A DNA stretch of 64,000 bases from an uncultured delta proteobacterium (GTDB lineage Bacteria > Desulfobacterota > Desulfuromonadia > Geobacterales > Pseudopelobacteraceae). Positions 8,750 to 20,586 of this stretch are shown here, piece after piece; position 1 is the stretch's first letter; the number at the start of each line of letters is the position of its first letter. A program made the translations under genes and the position numbers. Below the pieces are notes generated by a model that searched no databases, was not told where the DNA came from, and was given only the letters and a program-made list of their open reading frames with translations. The DNA lies in assembly GCA_963772835.1 (NCBI GenBank), contig CAVYYZ010000002.1, positions 288,001-352,000 on the forward strand. Reading direction: 5' to 3'.

Positions 8750-11114
8750 CGATATCCCACAAAATGTCATCCTCACCCGCCTCGATGATCTGATCAACTG
8801 GGGTCGTGCAAACTCGCTCTGGCCGATGTTCTTCGGGCTTTCCTGCTGTTTTGTCGAAATGATGACCTCATTCACCTCTCGCCATGATGTATCCCGCTTC
8901 GGTGCGGAGGTACTACGCGGTACTCCTCGTGAAGCCGACCTGATGGTGATTGCCGGCACCCCTTTTGTCAAGATGGCCCCTTCGATTCTCCATCTCTACG
9001 AGCAGATGGCTGAACCCCGCTGGGTCATGGCGATGGGAAGCTGTGCAAACTCGGGTGGCATGTATGATGTGTACAGCGTTGTGCAGGGGATCAATCAGAT
9101 TCTGCCGGTGGATGTGTATGTGCCGGGCTGTCCGCCGCGACCTGAAGCCTTTCTTCAGGGGTTGATGCTGCTGCAGGAAAAAATCAGAACCGGAGAGCGA
9201 CCCGCCCGTCCGGTGCTTCACATGCAGGGTGGCTGGCAGGGGACGACCGTACCGGTGCTGGTGCCGGGTGAAACCAAATCCAATGACACCCGTGGGCCGG
9301 GAATGGAGAGGATCAGTATCCGGGGTGCGGCAGCCGGTCATCCGAAAGCATTTCAACCCCGCTCTGACGAGCTTTGGCGCCCTCCGGCTCCGCGACATGA
9401 CTTCCCGGATTTCGGACTGGCGGAAGAAATTGCGCAGCTATTTGACGGACAGGTCTCCGTTGACCCGAGTGCAACTGACATGCTGACGCTACGGGCTCCT
9501 TCGGATCAAGTTCCTGAACTGCTGAAACATCTAAAAACCCGTACCGGACCTTCATTCAAGCGCCTGGAAGATATCGCTGCAGTCGATGATTCCTGCCGCC
9601 GGGAGCGGACCAGCTATCAGGATTTCACCCTCAATTATCATCTTCTTTCTTTTGATCAGCCCGGATACCTCCGTGTAAAGGTCGAGTTGAAAGGTGACAT
9701 TCCTGAGATTCCCACTGTCACCACAGTCTTTCCCGCGGCCAACTGGTATGAACGAGAAGTGTACGATATGTACGGCATTCGCTTCAGCGGTCACCCCAAC
9801 CTGAGCCGGATTCTGATGCCGCACGACTGGGAAGGTCACCCGCTCAGAAAAAGTCACCCTTTCCGCGCCACTGAAATGAAGCCATATACGATCGAGGATG
9901 CCCGCCGCCACGCTCCCCTCCCCGCCGCCGATTTTTTTGAGCGGGTCAATGAGGGAGAGATGATACTCAACCTGGGGCCACAGCATCCTGGTACACATGG
10001 AATTATCCGCTGCATCCTCAAACTTGATGGTGAGGAGATCCGTGATATCGATTTCGACATCGGCTATCACCATCGCGGAGCGGAAAAAATCGCTGAACGT
10101 CAGCAATGGAATCAGTTCATCCCCTATACCGACCGGATCGATTATCTATCGGGAGTTCAGAATAATCTGGCCTACGTCAACTCCGTCGAGCGACTGTGCG
10201 GTATCGATGTCCCGGAGCGGGCTCTGTACATCCGCGTCATGCTGGCCGAACTGTTTCGCGTTGCCAGTCATCTGGTCTGGCTGGGCACGTTCACAGCAGA
10301 CGTCGGAGCTATGACCCCTGTTTTCTACACGTTCACCGACCGGGAAAAGATTTTTGATATCGTTGAGATGATTACCGGCGGACGAATGCACCCCGCCTGG
10401 TTCCGGATCGGCGGTGTTGCTGAAGATCTGCCCGACGGCTGGCAGGCTCCGGTGCGCGCCCTTCTCAATTGGATGCCGGCGCGCCTGAAGGAATATGGGC
10501 AGCTTATCGATGGCAATCCGATTTTCCGGGCACGTTTAAAAGGTGTCGGGGCAATTTCGTTGCAGGATGCCCGGGAGTGGGGCCTGTCAGGCCCCAACCT
10601 GAGGGCGTGCGGAATGGAGTGGGACCTGCGCCGTAACATACCGTACGGCGGATATGAGCGTTTTGATTTTGAGGTTCCAACTGCAGATGGTGGCGACTGC
10701 TGGGCCCGCTATCAGGTGCGGATGCTGGAGATAAGGCAATCACTCCGGATAGTTGAACAGGCGATGCACGGGATGCCGGAAGGACGTTTCATGACTGACG
10801 ATTATCGCTACGTTCTTCCGCAAAAACGGGATGCGCTGCAGAATATCGAATCACTGATCCACCACTTCGTCAACAGCACCCGCGGCATGTCGCCTCCCCG
10901 GGGAGAAAACTACAGCGCCATAGAGGCTCCTAAGGGAGAAAACGGCTACTTTGCCGTATCAGACGGTCTTTCAATCCCCTACCGACTCCGTATCAAGACC
11001 CCCAGTTTTCCCCATATCCAGGCACTGCCCGTTATGAGTCGCGGCTGGCTGCTTGCCGATTTTCTGGCGATACTCGGCTCGGTTGATTTCGTCCTGGCCG
11101 ACCTTGACCGTTGA
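8742..11114 (+). CDS. nuoBCD: fused NADH-quinone oxidoreductase subunits B/C/D
   Basis: Nuo[26 protein letters not shown]; Nuo[20 protein letters not shown]; Nuo[36 protein letters not shown]; probable GTG start at 8742. Confidence 0.93.
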   Translation: MDNDIPQNVILTRLDDLINWGRANSLWPMFFGLSCCFVEMMTSFTSRHDVSRFGAEVLRGTPREADLMVIAGTPFVKMAPSILHLYEQMAEPRWVMAMGSCANSGGMYDVYSVVQGINQILPVDVYVPGCPPRPEAFLQGLMLLQEKIRTGERPARPVLHMQGGWQGTTVPVLVPGETKSNDTRGPGMERISIRGAAAGHPKAFQPRSDELWRPPAPRHDFPDFGLAEEIAQLFDGQVSVDPSATDMLTLRAPSDQVPELLKHLKTRTGPSFKRLEDIAAVDDSCRRERTSYQDFTLNYHLLSFDQPGYLRVKVELKGDIPEIPTVTTVFPAANWYEREVYDMYGIRFSGHPNLSRILMPHDWEGHPLRKSHPFRATEMKPYTIEDARRHAPLPAADFFERVNEGEMILNLGPQHPGTHGIIRCILKLDGEEIRDIDFDIGYHHRGAEKIAERQQWNQFIPYTDRIDYLSGVQNNLAYVNSVERLCGIDVPERALYIRVMLAELFRVASHLVWLGTFTADVGAMTPVFYTFTDREKIFDIVEMITGGRMHPAWFRIGGVAEDLPDGWQAPVRALLNWMPARLKEYGQLIDGNPIFRARLKGVGAISLQDAREWGLSGPNLRACGMEWDLRRNIPYGGYERFDFEVPTADGGDCWARYQVRMLEIRQSLRIVEQAMHGMPEGRFMTDDYRYVLPQKRDALQNIESLIHHFVNSTRGMSPPRGENYSAIEAPKGENGYFAVSDGLSIPYRLRIKTPSFPHIQALPVMSRGWLLADFLAILGSVDFVLADLDR

Positions 11115-11179
11115 TTGTTTCTGCGGGGCAACAGCTTTGCTAATGCACGCGTCCGGGTTTATAAGAGCCCACGCTGTTT

Positions 11180-12256
11180 TCACCCCTGACTTTTCTCGAA
11201 GATATCTGCCATCTCATCCTTTATTTCGTCGAATGCCGCCAGAACCCTCGGGTCAAAATGCTGCGGCGATGTGCGACCATCGCCATTCAAAATGATACCG
11301 CAGGTCTTGGCGTGGTCGAACGCCGGCTTGTAAACCCGGCTGTTACGCAAGGCGTCATACTGGTCAACCAGCATAACAATCCGGCCCTCCATGGGAGCCT
11401 CCTCCATTTGCAAACCTGCAGGATATCCAGTCCCGTCCCATCGTTCATGATGTGTTGCGGCAATGACAGCCCCCATCCGGAGCATGCGGTGCGGAGACCC
11501 TTTCAGGATACGTTCGCCGATGGTGGTATGCAGTTTGATAGTAGCAAATTCCTCAGCCGTCAGGGGGCCCGGTTTCAGCAGAATCGAGTCGGGGATTCCG
11601 ATCTTGCCGACATCGTGCATGGAACTGGCAACAGAGATGTCACTGACAAATTCTTCAGGCATATTCATATGCTGAGCCAGTCGTTCTGCGTACATACCGA
11701 TCCGTGATATATGGAGGCCGGTATCCTCATCACGAAGCTCGGCAGCCGCTGTCAGTCGTTCGATGATTTCCCGGCTCATATGGGTAATTTCACCAAGAGC
11801 CTTATTGAGTTCGGCTGTCCTGACCTCGACCGTGTGTTCCAATTCTGCCTTATAGTTTTTTTCAATCTGTGTCAAGCGCTTGAAATTAACCCCTTTCTCT
11901 ACCGTGTGGATCAGTGACGGAGGGCGGTACGGCTTGATGATAAAATCGAACGCTCCCTTCTGAAGGGCCTTGACCGCCACATCCAGGTCCGCATACGCCG
12001 TCATAAGTACAACCGGCGTTTCCCTGTCAAGAAAGCGAATCTTCTCCAGCAGCTCAAGCCCGTCCATGATCGGCATGTTGATATCGGTCAGCACAAGATC
12101 TACCGGTTCCATGACAAACTGTCTGATGGCCTCCTGACCATTTGAGAAGTGGCTCACCGAAAAACCGAATTCAGTCAGAAGTGCCGATACGCTCTCAAGA
12201 ACAAAGCGGTCGTCATCGACCACAAATATTTTCCCGCCGCTCTTATTGTTCATCAT
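11180..12256 (-). CDS. response regulator with HD-GYP cyclic-dinucleotide phosphodiesterase domain (RpfG-like)
   Basis: N-terminal REC (VVDDD, LTDINMP); HDVGKIGIPD, HHERWDGTGYP, DALRNSRVYK. Confidence 0.92.
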   Translation of the reverse strand: MMNNKSGGKIFVVDDDRFVLESVSALLTEFGFSVSHFSNGQEAIRQFVMEPVDLVLTDINMPIMDGLELLEKIRFLDRETPVVLMTAYADLDVAVKALQKGAFDFIIKPYRPPSLIHTVEKGVNFKRLTQIEKNYKAELEHTVEVRTAELNKALGEITHMSREIIERLTAAAELRDEDTGLHISRIGMYAERLAQHMNMPEEFVSDISVASSMHDVGKIGIPDSILLKPGPLTAEEFATIKLHTTIGERILKGSPHRMLRMGAVIAATHHERWDGTGYPAGLQMEEAPMEGRIVMLVDQYDALRNSRVYKPAFDHAKTCGIILNGDGRTSPQHFDPRVLAAFDEIKDEMADIFEKSQG

Positions 12257-15200
12257 CCAGAACCTCACGAATTTTCATCAGCAACTCTTTTGGAGAAAAT
12301 GGTTTGGACAGATAATTCATCCCCTCTTCCAGCCTCCCCTGCCCGATGACCACGTCCTTTGCAAAGCCGCTGTAAAAAAGGACCCGCATGCCCGGATCAT
12401 TCTTTCGTATTTCATCATATACCTCCCGGCCATTCATTTTTGGCATAATGACATCAAGGATCACTAAGTTGATGCCACTACCCTGTTCTGAGAACTTAGC
12501 CAGCGCATCCTCGCCATCAACAGCTTCAATAACGGAATAGCCGAACTCTTCCAATATATTTCTGCCAACAACGCGGGTCTGTTCGTCGTCTTCTGCAAGC
12601 AGGACAGAGTATTTACACGGGACATCCGTCACCTTCTTCTGCTCCTTTTCTTCTGTTTCGGCAGTGACTGCATCCAGCAACGGCAGATAAATCAGGAACG
12701 TCGTACCGATCCCTGCAGTGCTGTCGCAAAAAATATAACCGTTATGCTCTTTGATGATACCGTAGACGATTGAGAGGCCGAGGCCGGTTCCCTTGCCCAC
12801 CTCTTTTGTGGTATAGAACGGTTCGAAGACATGCTTCACAACCTCTGGTTCCATTCCGGTACCGTTATCGGAAATGGTCAGGAGCGCGTATTTACCCGGA
12901 AGACCCAATCCTCTGGTGAGAGCAGAGCCGGCGTCAAAGGTGACGACTTTAGTTGTTATAACCATCGCCCCTCCGTTCGGCATTGCATCACGGGCATTGG
13001 TTGACAGGTTCATCAGCACCTGCTCGATCTGACCGCTGTCTGCCAGTACCGGTAACATATGTTGCTGGAGGTTCAGTTCAAGGAGGATGTCCTCGCTGAT
13101 TAGTCGTAGCAGCAGTTGATGGACACGATTTATGATTTCATTCAGGTTTACTACGACCGGGTTCGACGACTGCTTCCGACTGAAGGCCAGCAGCCCCTGA
13201 GTAAGTTTTGCTCCACGCTCAGCGGTAACAGTAATCTGCTCGGCATTCTTATGCAGCGGGCTGTTGTCAGGAAGCTTGAGCTGAATGATACTGGCGTACC
13301 CGACAATAGCCGTCAGAATATTATTGAAATCGTGGGCGATGCCCCCCGCCATCTGTCCGATCGCATCCATTTTCTGTGAATGCCGGAGTTGCCCCTCCAA
13401 CTGTTTTCGGGCCGTGATATCCTCTTTGATGGCAATGAAATGGGAAATAGCATTGCTGGCATCCCTGATGGGCGCAATCAGAGCCTGCTCCCAGTAAAAT
13501 TCGCCATTCTTCTTGCGATTGTGGAATTCACCGCGCCATTCGCCACCGGCGAGAATTGTATCCCATAGCAGTTTGTATTCGTCGTTGGTCGTTTCTCCTG
13601 ACCGGAGAATGTTCGGATTCCGGCCGACCGCTTCTTCGAAACTATAGCCGGTCAACAGGGAAAAGTGCGGATTGACATATTCAATGGTGCCGGAGGTATC
13701 GGTAATCACAATTGAAGCGGGATTCTGCTCAACTGCTACCGATAGCTTACGCAGGTGTTCTTCGACCCTCTTTCGCTCCGCTAATTCCCGCTGGGATTCC
13801 TCGTTGAGCCGGGCGTTCTCAAGCGCGAGCGAAGCCAGTTCACCAAACTGGGCAAGGAGCTCCATCTGCTGATCGCTGAAGGTAACCCCACTTTCAATAA
13901 AGGCAAGCCCAAGCACCCCGACCACTTTATCAGCCACCTTGAGAGGCACACCCGCCATGGCATGCAGGACATCGCGATCCCGGTCCGGGAGCCGCCCCTC
14001 CCAGTTACAGTAATCATCAACCTTTATTGATTCACCCGAATCCCACACACGTCCTGAAACCCCCTCACCACACTTGACCGGGTGATGAATCAGAGCGTCA
14101 TAAATGCCAGTCTGGTAGACCATATCCAATTCTGTTCCGTCACTGTTTACCAGATAGAGAAAGCAGTGCTCCGTCCCGACCAGTCTACCCGAACGGGTGA
14201 CAATCGTTTGCAGGACATTGGAAACTTCCAGTCGCTTGATCAGACCGAGCGTGGTCTCGTGCAGTGCCTGAAGGTATTCATTCTGACGCTGCAGCTGGGC
14301 ATCATATAGCTCTTGTCTTTCGAGATCCTTTTCCAGCCTTATCCGCTGAACATCACTCTGCTGGACGAGTTGATTGAATGCATCCTCCAGCGTGGCGATC
14401 TCATCCCTCCCTTGGACATGGAATACCCGCGCCTCACCTCTCTTTGCAGGCAGCTCTTCCACATGACGGGTAAGCGCAATGATCGGATCCGTTATTCTGC
14501 CCAGATACCGCCGCATGAACCAGAACAGTACACATGAAAAGGCCGGCAGTACCACCAGAAAAACGGCCCGAATTTTATTCGCTGCTGCATACGCCTCATC
14601 CAGTGGATAATTCGCGCCCAGAATCCAGTTTTTTGTTTTAAGGTGCTTAAACGTAGACAGGGCTCTCAGACCACGGCTGTTTACGGTTTCTCCGCTACCG
14701 TCAAATCCTGTCACCGCTCGATCCAGAAGCTTATTGGCGCCGGGCGGAATATCATATTTCATGATGCGGGATGTATCAGGATGGATAAGCATCAGGCGAT
14801 CGCTGTTGAAAAGAAACGAATACCCTTTTTTGCCCATTTTAACACTTGAGATGCTGCCGACAAAAGCCGAACTACTCAAATCGGCACTCCCTCCCAGGAC
14901 CCCCAGCAGGGTGCCGCTGCTGGTGTAAATAGGAGCGGTGAACATGATGGCAGGATGATGTTGCTTCTGGGAAGAGATATAGGGATCAGAGACTAACGGC
15001 TTCCGGGTCGCTATGGTCTGCTTGAAGTATTCGCGGAAAGAAAAATCTTTGCCGACCCGCTCCAGTTCAAGCGGAAGTTCCGCCACTATCAGACCCTCAG
15101 GATTGAATACGAATAGACCGTTATCGAAGTCCTGCAAATGCTCGCTCTGCTGTTTCAGGTACCGCAGGACTTTTTTGGGATCCTTCATCATTTCAGAGGA

Positions 15201-15422
15201 TATTTTTTCGGCGATTCCAACAAGAACATCGGAATTGTGCGCAACATTCCGGTCAATATCCTCCGCAAGAACAGAAATGATCTGGAACTGCTGATTTGAA
15301 ATTGTCTCTTTGATATATTCCTGCAGGAATGAATGTATCAGCAGGAGCAGACAGGCGAACAGAATCGTTATGGCCATCGGGAAAAAGAGGGTGACTTTGG
15401 TTTTAAGAGTAAACTTTTGCAT
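12243..15422 (-). CDS. hybrid sensor histidine kinase (TM-dCache-TM-HAMP-GAF-PAS-HisKA-HATPase-REC)
   Basis: SFREYF Cache motif, GAF (GEGVSGRVW), PAS (NRKKNGEFYW), H-box GGIAHDFNN, GKGTGLGL, C-terminal REC; stop overlaps the HD-GYP start. Confidence 0.92.
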   Translation of the reverse strand: MQKFTLKTKVTLFFPMAITILFACLLLLIHSFLQEYIKETISNQQFQIISVLAEDIDRNVAHNSDVLVGIAEKISSEMMKDPKKVLRYLKQQSEHLQDFDNGLFVFNPEGLIVAELPLELERVGKDFSFREYFKQTIATRKPLVSDPYISSQKQHHPAIMFTAPIYTSSGTLLGVLGGSADLSSSAFVGSISSVKMGKKGYSFLFNSDRLMLIHPDTSRIMKYDIPPGANKLLDRAVTGFDGSGETVNSRGLRALSTFKHLKTKNWILGANYPLDEAYAAANKIRAVFLVVLPAFSCVLFWFMRRYLGRITDPIIALTRHVEELPAKRGEARVFHVQGRDEIATLEDAFNQLVQQSDVQRIRLEKDLERQELYDAQLQRQNEYLQALHETTLGLIKRLEVSNVLQTIVTRSGRLVGTEHCFLYLVNSDGTELDMVYQTGIYDALIHHPVKCGEGVSGRVWDSGESIKVDDYCNWEGRLPDRDRDVLHAMAGVPLKVADKVVGVLGLAFIESGVTFSDQQMELLAQFGELASLALENARLNEESQRELAERKRVEEHLRKLSVAVEQNPASIVITDTSGTIEYVNPHFSLLTGYSFEEAVGRNPNILRSGETTNDEYKLLWDTILAGGEWRGEFHNRKKNGEFYWEQALIAPIRDASNAISHFIAIKEDITARKQLEGQLRHSQKMDAIGQMAGGIAHDFNNILTAIVGYASIIQLKLPDNSPLHKNAEQITVTAERGAKLTQGLLAFSRKQSSNPVVVNLNEIINRVHQLLLRLISEDILLELNLQQHMLPVLADSGQIEQVLMNLSTNARDAMPNGGAMVITTKVVTFDAGSALTRGLGLPGKYALLTISDNGTGMEPEVVKHVFEPFYTTKEVGKGTGLGLSIVYGIIKEHNGYIFCDSTAGIGTTFLIYLPLLDAVTAETEEKEQKKVTDVPCKYSVLLAEDDEQTRVVGRNILEEFGYSVIEAVDGEDALAKFSEQGSGINLVILDVIMPKMNGREVYDEIRKNDPGMRVLFYSGFAKDVVIGQGRLEEGMNYLSKPFSPKELLMKIREVLDDEQ

Positions 15423-15649
15423 ATTCACACCTGATCATGTCGTGTCTATTTGCAAACGTGTCCGGTACAATAACACAGTTCTACAGAGTTAGTTATATCA
15501 AATGTGATTCGAATGATAATAACTCCGGGGCAGACCACCGATTGATTTTAAAGCGGAGTGCGACAGAATTTACGGCAACTTTTCTTTGGACAAGAGCCGG
15601 GCCATACAGTAATATGTTCGAATTTAACAGTTATAAGAGGAGCATTTGA

Positions 15650-16903
15650 TTGGACAAACTCATCATCAATGGCGGGAAAAAACTTAAAGGCGACGTAACT
15701 GTCAGCGGTTCCAAAAATGCCTCACTCCCGATTTTTGTTGCGACAATTCTGGCACCTGGTATCAACCAGATCAGCAACGTACCGTTTCTCCGTGATATCA
15801 ACACCACCATCAAGGTACTCGAATCACTTGGTGCCCATGTCGAAGGCAACGGAAATATAGTCAGAATTGACACGACCTGTATCACAAGTCATGAGGCTAC
15901 CTACGATCTGGTTAAAACGATGAGGGCCTCGGTACTGGTTCTGGGACCGCTCCTGGCACGCTTCGGCAAAGCGCGGGTATCTCTGCCGGGAGGCTGTGCC
16001 ATAGGCGCCCGTCCAATCAACCTGCACCTGAAGGGACTTCAGGCGCTTGGCGCTGAAATAACGCTTGAGCATGGCTATGTCGAAGCGAAGTGCCGACACC
16101 TCAAGGGCGCCCGGATCAACTTTGACATTTCGACCGTCGGCGGCACTGAACATCTGATGATGGCTGCTGCAACCGCCACGGGGGAAACCCTTCTGGAAAA
16201 CGCCGCTCGCGAGCCGGAAATAGTTGATTTGGCCCAGTACCTGAACCGTATGGGCGCCAAGATCGAGGGGGCCGGAACCGATACCATCCGGATTCAGGGT
16301 GTTTCCGAACTTGTTGCTGCCGATTATGAGGTCATGCCGGACCGGATCGAGGCAGGCACGTTTATGATTGCGGCTGCAATGACGGGTGGTGACATCCGTA
16401 TCCACCGTATGAAGCTGGAACATCTCGACGCTCTGTCGTTCAAGATGCTGGATGCGGGAGTTGAAATCACCAGCCGCGATGGAGTGGTACGGGTAAAAGG
16501 GCCGAAACGGGTCCAGAGCGTCAACATCAAGACCCGCCCTTACCCCGGATTTCCTACCGACATGCAGGCCCAGTTTATGGCCATGATGTGCGTGGCGGAG
16601 GGCGCAAGCGTCATTTCGGAGAACATATTTGAAAACCGCTTCATGCACGTGTCCGAGTTGCAGCGTTTTGGTGCTGACATCACGGTTGAAGGGAGTACTG
16701 CAACGGTCAAAGGGGTCAAAAAACTCTCCGGTGCCCCGGTCATGGCCACCGACCTGCGGGCCTCGGCCTCGCTGATTCTTGCCGGACTTGCCGCGGAAGG
16801 GGTGACCGAAGTCACCCGCATCTATCATCTGGACCGTGGCTACGAGTCGATAGAAAAGAAATTTGCCGCACTTGGTGCGGATATCGTGAGAGTAAAAGAA
16901 TGA
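15650..16903 (+). CDS. murA: UDP-N-acetylglucosamine 1-carboxyvinyltransferase
   Basis: [41 protein letters not shown] start with RBS GAGGAG. Confidence 0.97.
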   Translation: MDKLIINGGKKLKGDVTVSGSKNASLPIFVATILAPGINQISNVPFLRDINTTIKVLESLGAHVEGNGNIVRIDTTCITSHEATYDLVKTMRASVLVLGPLLARFGKARVSLPGGCAIGARPINLHLKGLQALGAEITLEHGYVEAKCRHLKGARINFDISTVGGTEHLMMAAATATGETLLENAAREPEIVDLAQYLNRMGAKIEGAGTDTIRIQGVSELVAADYEVMPDRIEAGTFMIAAAMTGGDIRIHRMKLEHLDALSFKMLDAGVEITSRDGVVRVKGPKRVQSVNIKTRPYPGFPTDMQAQFMAMMCVAEGASVISENIFENRFMHVSELQRFGADITVEGSTATVKGVKKLSGAPVMATDLRASASLILAGLAAEGVTEVTRIYHLDRGYESIEKKFAALGADIVRVKE

Positions 16904-17547
16904 CTGACTGGATTACCATAGCGATTCCAAAGGGGCGTATTCTGGAAGAATCCGTCGAACTGTTCAGTCAGATCGGCATCAACTGTCGCGAACTGCTTTC
17001 CGACTCCCGCAAGCTTATTTTTGAAAACAAGGAGTTGCGGATACGATATATGATTGTTCGGGCGACCGATGTCCCAACGTACGTCGAGTACGGCAGTGCA
17101 GATCTTGGTATTGTGGGCAAAGATACGCTGATGGAACAGTGCAAGGATGTCTATGAACCGCTCGATCTTAAATTCGGCTACTGCCGTATGATGGTCGCCG
17201 AACCGGCCAATCTGGCAAAGGCTGACGACCCTTCCTGCTGGTCGCATATTCGCATCGCAACCAAATACCCGCATATTACTGAAAACTATTTTGCCGCCAA
17301 AGGTGTTCAGGTTGAAATCATCAAACTCTATGGTTCAATCGAGCTGGCGCCGCTTGTCGGCCTCTCGGACAGGATAGTCGATCTGGTTTCAACCGGGGAA
17401 ACGATGCGCCAGAACGGATTAGTCGAAGTTGAGACCATTGCCGAGATTACCACCCGCCTGATAGTCAACCGGGCCAGCCTGAAAACAAAAAATGCGAGGA
17501 TTTCACACATTATACAGGGATTGGAGCATGTGCTCCAGTTGCACTGA
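16900..17547 (+). CDS. hisG: ATP phosphoribosyltransferase, short (HisZ-dependent) form
   Basis: [34 protein letters not shown]; 215 aa. Confidence 0.95.
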   Translation: MTDWITIAIPKGRILEESVELFSQIGINCRELLSDSRKLIFENKELRIRYMIVRATDVPTYVEYGSADLGIVGKDTLMEQCKDVYEPLDLKFGYCRMMVAEPANLAKADDPSCWSHIRIATKYPHITENYFAAKGVQVEIIKLYGSIELAPLVGLSDRIVDLVSTGETMRQNGLVEVETIAEITTRLIVNRASLKTKNARISHIIQGLEHVLQLH

Positions 17548-17559
17548 GCAAGGTAGATT

Positions 17560-18852
17560 ATGCTTTTTCTCGACATCAACGATTCCGGATTCTCGCAAAA
17601 GTTCGACGCAATTCTTTCGCGCGGGGAAGAGAGCGGGCAGGAAGTTGAGCACATCGTGCTCGATATTATCGCCGCAGTCCGCCAGCGTGGTGATGCAGCA
17701 CTACTGGAGCTGACCCGCCGTTTTGACCGCTTGGAAGCCGCTTCTGTGGCAGAATTGGAAGTTTCTGCAACGGAGATCGACGACGCTTTTGCACAGGTAT
17801 CAGGGGATGAGATTGCTTCTCTGAAACTGGCCGTGGAACGGGTATCCCGTTTCCACGAAAAGCAGAAACAGCAGACCTGGTTATCAACCGAAGAGCCCGA
17901 CATTATGCTGGGTCAAAAAATCACACCGCTGTCACGGGTCGGTATTTATGTCCCGGGCGGCAAGGCCAGTTACCCGAGCAGTGTCATCATGAACGCCGTA
18001 CCGGCCCGTGTGGCCGGTGTTGGAGAAATCATCATGGTGGTGCCCTCCCCCGGTGGCGAGATCAGCCCCCACGTGCTTGTGGCTGCCGCTCTCTCCGGCG
18101 TGAATCGCATTTTCCGGATCGGCGGAGCGCAGGCTGTTGCGGCTCTGGCATACGGCACGGCAACAATCCCGCGGGTAGACAAGATTACCGGGCCGGGAAA
18201 CATCTATGTCGCCACCGCAAAAAAACTGGTGTTCGGACAGGTCGGCATCGACATGATAGCCGGACCGAGCGAAATTCTGGTGATCAATGACGGCAGCGGC
18301 AACCCGGCCCATATCGCCGCCGACCTCCTTTCCCAGGCGGAGCATGATGAACTGGCCTCTTCAATCCTGATAACAACTGACCGCTCTTTTGCAGATAAAG
18401 TGGCTGTTGAGGTAGAACGGCAGCTGGCAACACTGCCTCGCGAAACGATCGCCCGCGCTTCCTGGGAAAAGTACGGCGCTATCATCGTAGCCGACACTCT
18501 GGAGGAGGTGATTGCTTTCTCCAACCGCATTGCACCGGAGCATCTGGAACTGGCAGTGGCGGACCCGTTTGCGATTCTATCCCGGATTACCAACGCCGGC
18601 GCGATATTCATGGGGCACTGGACCCCCGAGGCGGCGGGAGATTACTTGGCAGGGCCGAACCACACTCTCCCGACCGGCGGCACGTCCCGTTTCTTCTCCC
18701 CGCTTTCGGTGGATGACTTTGTTAAAAAATCCTCGATCGTCTTTTTTTCGCAGAGTGGCCTGCAGCGACTGAGTGCCGACATTGTCAGAATCGCCGGACT
18801 TGAAGGACTGGGAGCTCACGGGCGGTCGGTAACAATTCGACAGGAGACGTAG
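17560..18852 (+). CDS. hisD: histidinol dehydrogenase
   Basis: GIYVPGG, GPGNIYV, AGPSE, SQAEHD, APEHL, GDYLAGPNHTLPT. Confidence 0.97.
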   Translation: MLFLDINDSGFSQKFDAILSRGEESGQEVEHIVLDIIAAVRQRGDAALLELTRRFDRLEAASVAELEVSATEIDDAFAQVSGDEIASLKLAVERVSRFHEKQKQQTWLSTEEPDIMLGQKITPLSRVGIYVPGGKASYPSSVIMNAVPARVAGVGEIIMVVPSPGGEISPHVLVAAALSGVNRIFRIGGAQAVAALAYGTATIPRVDKITGPGNIYVATAKKLVFGQVGIDMIAGPSEILVINDGSGNPAHIAADLLSQAEHDELASSILITTDRSFADKVAVEVERQLATLPRETIARASWEKYGAIIVADTLEEVIAFSNRIAPEHLELAVADPFAILSRITNAGAIFMGHWTPEAAGDYLAGPNHTLPTGGTSRFFSPLSVDDFVKKSSIVFFSQSGLQRLSADIVRIAGLEGLGAHGRSVTIRQET

Positions 18853-19905
18853 ATGACGTACCTTCGCCCCAACATAGCGTCCATGAATGGTTATATCCCC
18901 GGTTTCCAACCGGATGATGCAGCTTCGTGGATCAAGCTTAACACCAACGAAAACCCGTATCCACCATCACCCAAGGTTGTAGAAGCGATACGTGCTGAGA
19001 TGGGAAGTGACGGGGCCTCCCTTCGGACATACCCGAGTTCCTCCAGCCTGAAGCTACGGGAAGCGGCCGGTGAATTGTACGGTTTTGATCCATCATGGGT
19101 CATAATGGCCAACGGTTCCGATGAAGTCCTTAATAATCTTATACGGGCCTGCGCAGGAGAGGGGCAGGATATCGGCTACGTGCACCCGTCTTACTCCTAT
19201 TACTCAACACTGGCTGAGATCCAGGGTGCAATCGTCTGCACCTACGGTTTGACTGACTCGTTTTCTATTGAAGCGTTCCCCGAAAATTACCACGGCAAAG
19301 TATTCTTCCTGACGACCCCTAACTCACCACTGGGGTTTTCTTTTCCGCCGGCGTACATCGAGGCATTGGCGCAGAATTGCGGCGGTCTGCTGGTGATTGA
19401 TGAGGCGTATGCCGACTTTTCCGACTGGAACGCTCTCGACCTGGTAAAAAAGTGCGAAAATGTCGTTGTAACCCGCACCCTGTCAAAGAGTTACGCCCTC
19501 GCCGGCATGCGCCTTGGGCTGGCAATCGCCCGCCCCGAAATCATTGCTGCACTGGACAAGATCCGGGATCACTACAACCTTGATCGGCTTGCCCAGGCGG
19601 CGTGTGTCGCAGCCTTGAAGGATCAGACCTACTTCCGCGAATCCTGCCGCAAAATAGTTGAAACCCGTGAATGGTTCTCCAGGGAGTTGACGGCGATCGG
19701 ATATGACGTGATACCATCACAGGCAAATTTCGTATTCGCATCACCACCGGATAAAAACGGAAAACGGGTGTATGACGGCTTGTATGACCGCAAAATTCTT
19801 GTTCGTTTCCTTTCCGGCCCGCTGCTGTCTCACGGGCTCAGAATTTCGATCGGATCGAAAGAAGATATGACCACAACGCTGGCTGCAATGGCAGAAATCG
19901 GATAA
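18853..19905 (+). CDS. hisC: histidinol-phosphate aminotransferase
   Basis: [33 protein letters not shown]. Confidence 0.95.
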   Translation: MTYLRPNIASMNGYIPGFQPDDAASWIKLNTNENPYPPSPKVVEAIRAEMGSDGASLRTYPSSSSLKLREAAGELYGFDPSWVIMANGSDEVLNNLIRACAGEGQDIGYVHPSYSYYSTLAEIQGAIVCTYGLTDSFSIEAFPENYHGKVFFLTTPNSPLGFSFPPAYIEALAQNCGGLLVIDEAYADFSDWNALDLVKKCENVVVTRTLSKSYALAGMRLGLAIARPEIIAALDKIRDHYNLDRLAQAACVAALKDQTYFRESCRKIVETREWFSRELTAIGYDVIPSQANFVFASPPDKNGKRVYDGLYDRKILVRFLSGPLLSHGLRISIGSKEDMTTTLAAMAEIG

Positions 19906-19923
19906 AGAAAACCGGGAGGAAAT

Positions 19924-20511
19924 ATGTCTCGCACCGCGACAATTGAACGGATCACGAAAGAAACCAGAATACAACTGTCACTGTCAGTTGACGGATCCGG
20001 GAGAGCGAAAATCTGCACTTCAGTTCCATTTCTCGACCATATGCTCAATCTTTTTGCTCGCCATGGGCTTTTTGATCTGGACGTTGAAGCGTGCGGAGAT
20101 ATCGACATCGATTTTCACCATACGGTTGAAGATATCGGGATAGTATTAGGCGACGCATTCAAGCAGGCACTGGGAGAAAAAAAGAGCATCCGCCGCTATG
20201 GTCAGGCGACCGTACCGATGGATGAAACGTTAGCCAGTGTAGCGGTTGACATATCAGGAAGACCGTATCTCGTATATCATGTCAATTTGCCGAAGGTAAA
20301 AATCGGCGAGTTTGATGTAGAACTGGCGCGGGAATTTTTCCAGGCTTTTGTCAACCATTGTGGGCTGAACCTCCACATAAACGTGATGTACGGCGAAAAT
20401 GTCCACCACATCATCGAGGCCTGCTTCAAGGCATTTGCCCGGGCTCTGGACAGCGCCACTCAGCTTGATTCACGTGTGGAAGGGGTTATGTCGACAAAAG
20501 GGGTACTTTGA
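19924..20511 (+). CDS. hisB: imidazoleglycerol-phosphate dehydratase
   Basis: [34 protein letters not shown]. Confidence 0.97.
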   Translation: MSRTATIERITKETRIQLSLSVDGSGRAKICTSVPFLDHMLNLFARHGLFDLDVEACGDIDIDFHHTVEDIGIVLGDAFKQALGEKKSIRRYGQATVPMDETLASVAVDISGRPYLVYHVNLPKVKIGEFDVELAREFFQAFVNHCGLNLHINVMYGENVHHIIEACFKAFARALDSATQLDSRVEGVMSTKGVL

Positions 20512-20529
20512 TTTTTTACGTTTCCCCAC

Positions 20530-20566
20530 AAAAAAAGGGCGGCCCGAATACCGGGGCCGCCCTTTG
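20530..20566. terminator. terminator between convergent hisB and cpoB (U tract on the minus strand)
   Basis: AAAAAAAGGGCGGCCC-GAATACCG-GGGCCGCCCTTT. Confidence 0.75.
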
Positions 20567-20586
20567 CCGTCTGGTTCAGTATAGTT

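Noticed and set aside
9950..11114. NuoD part as a group 4 NiFe hydrogenase large subunit
   Set aside because: Both CxxC Ni-binding motifs are absent ([16 protein letters not shown]).
15506..15538. TTCGAAT...ACTCCGGGGCAGACCA as a degenerate attR copy of the tRNA 3' end
   Set aside because: Needs several gaps and mismatches; not distinguishable from chance by eye.
15824..16828. Long antisense ORFs (334 aa over murA, also over rne, lysS, lolE, lpxL, msbA)
   Set aside because: Fully overlap confident genes and have no recognisable motifs; codon-bias shadows.
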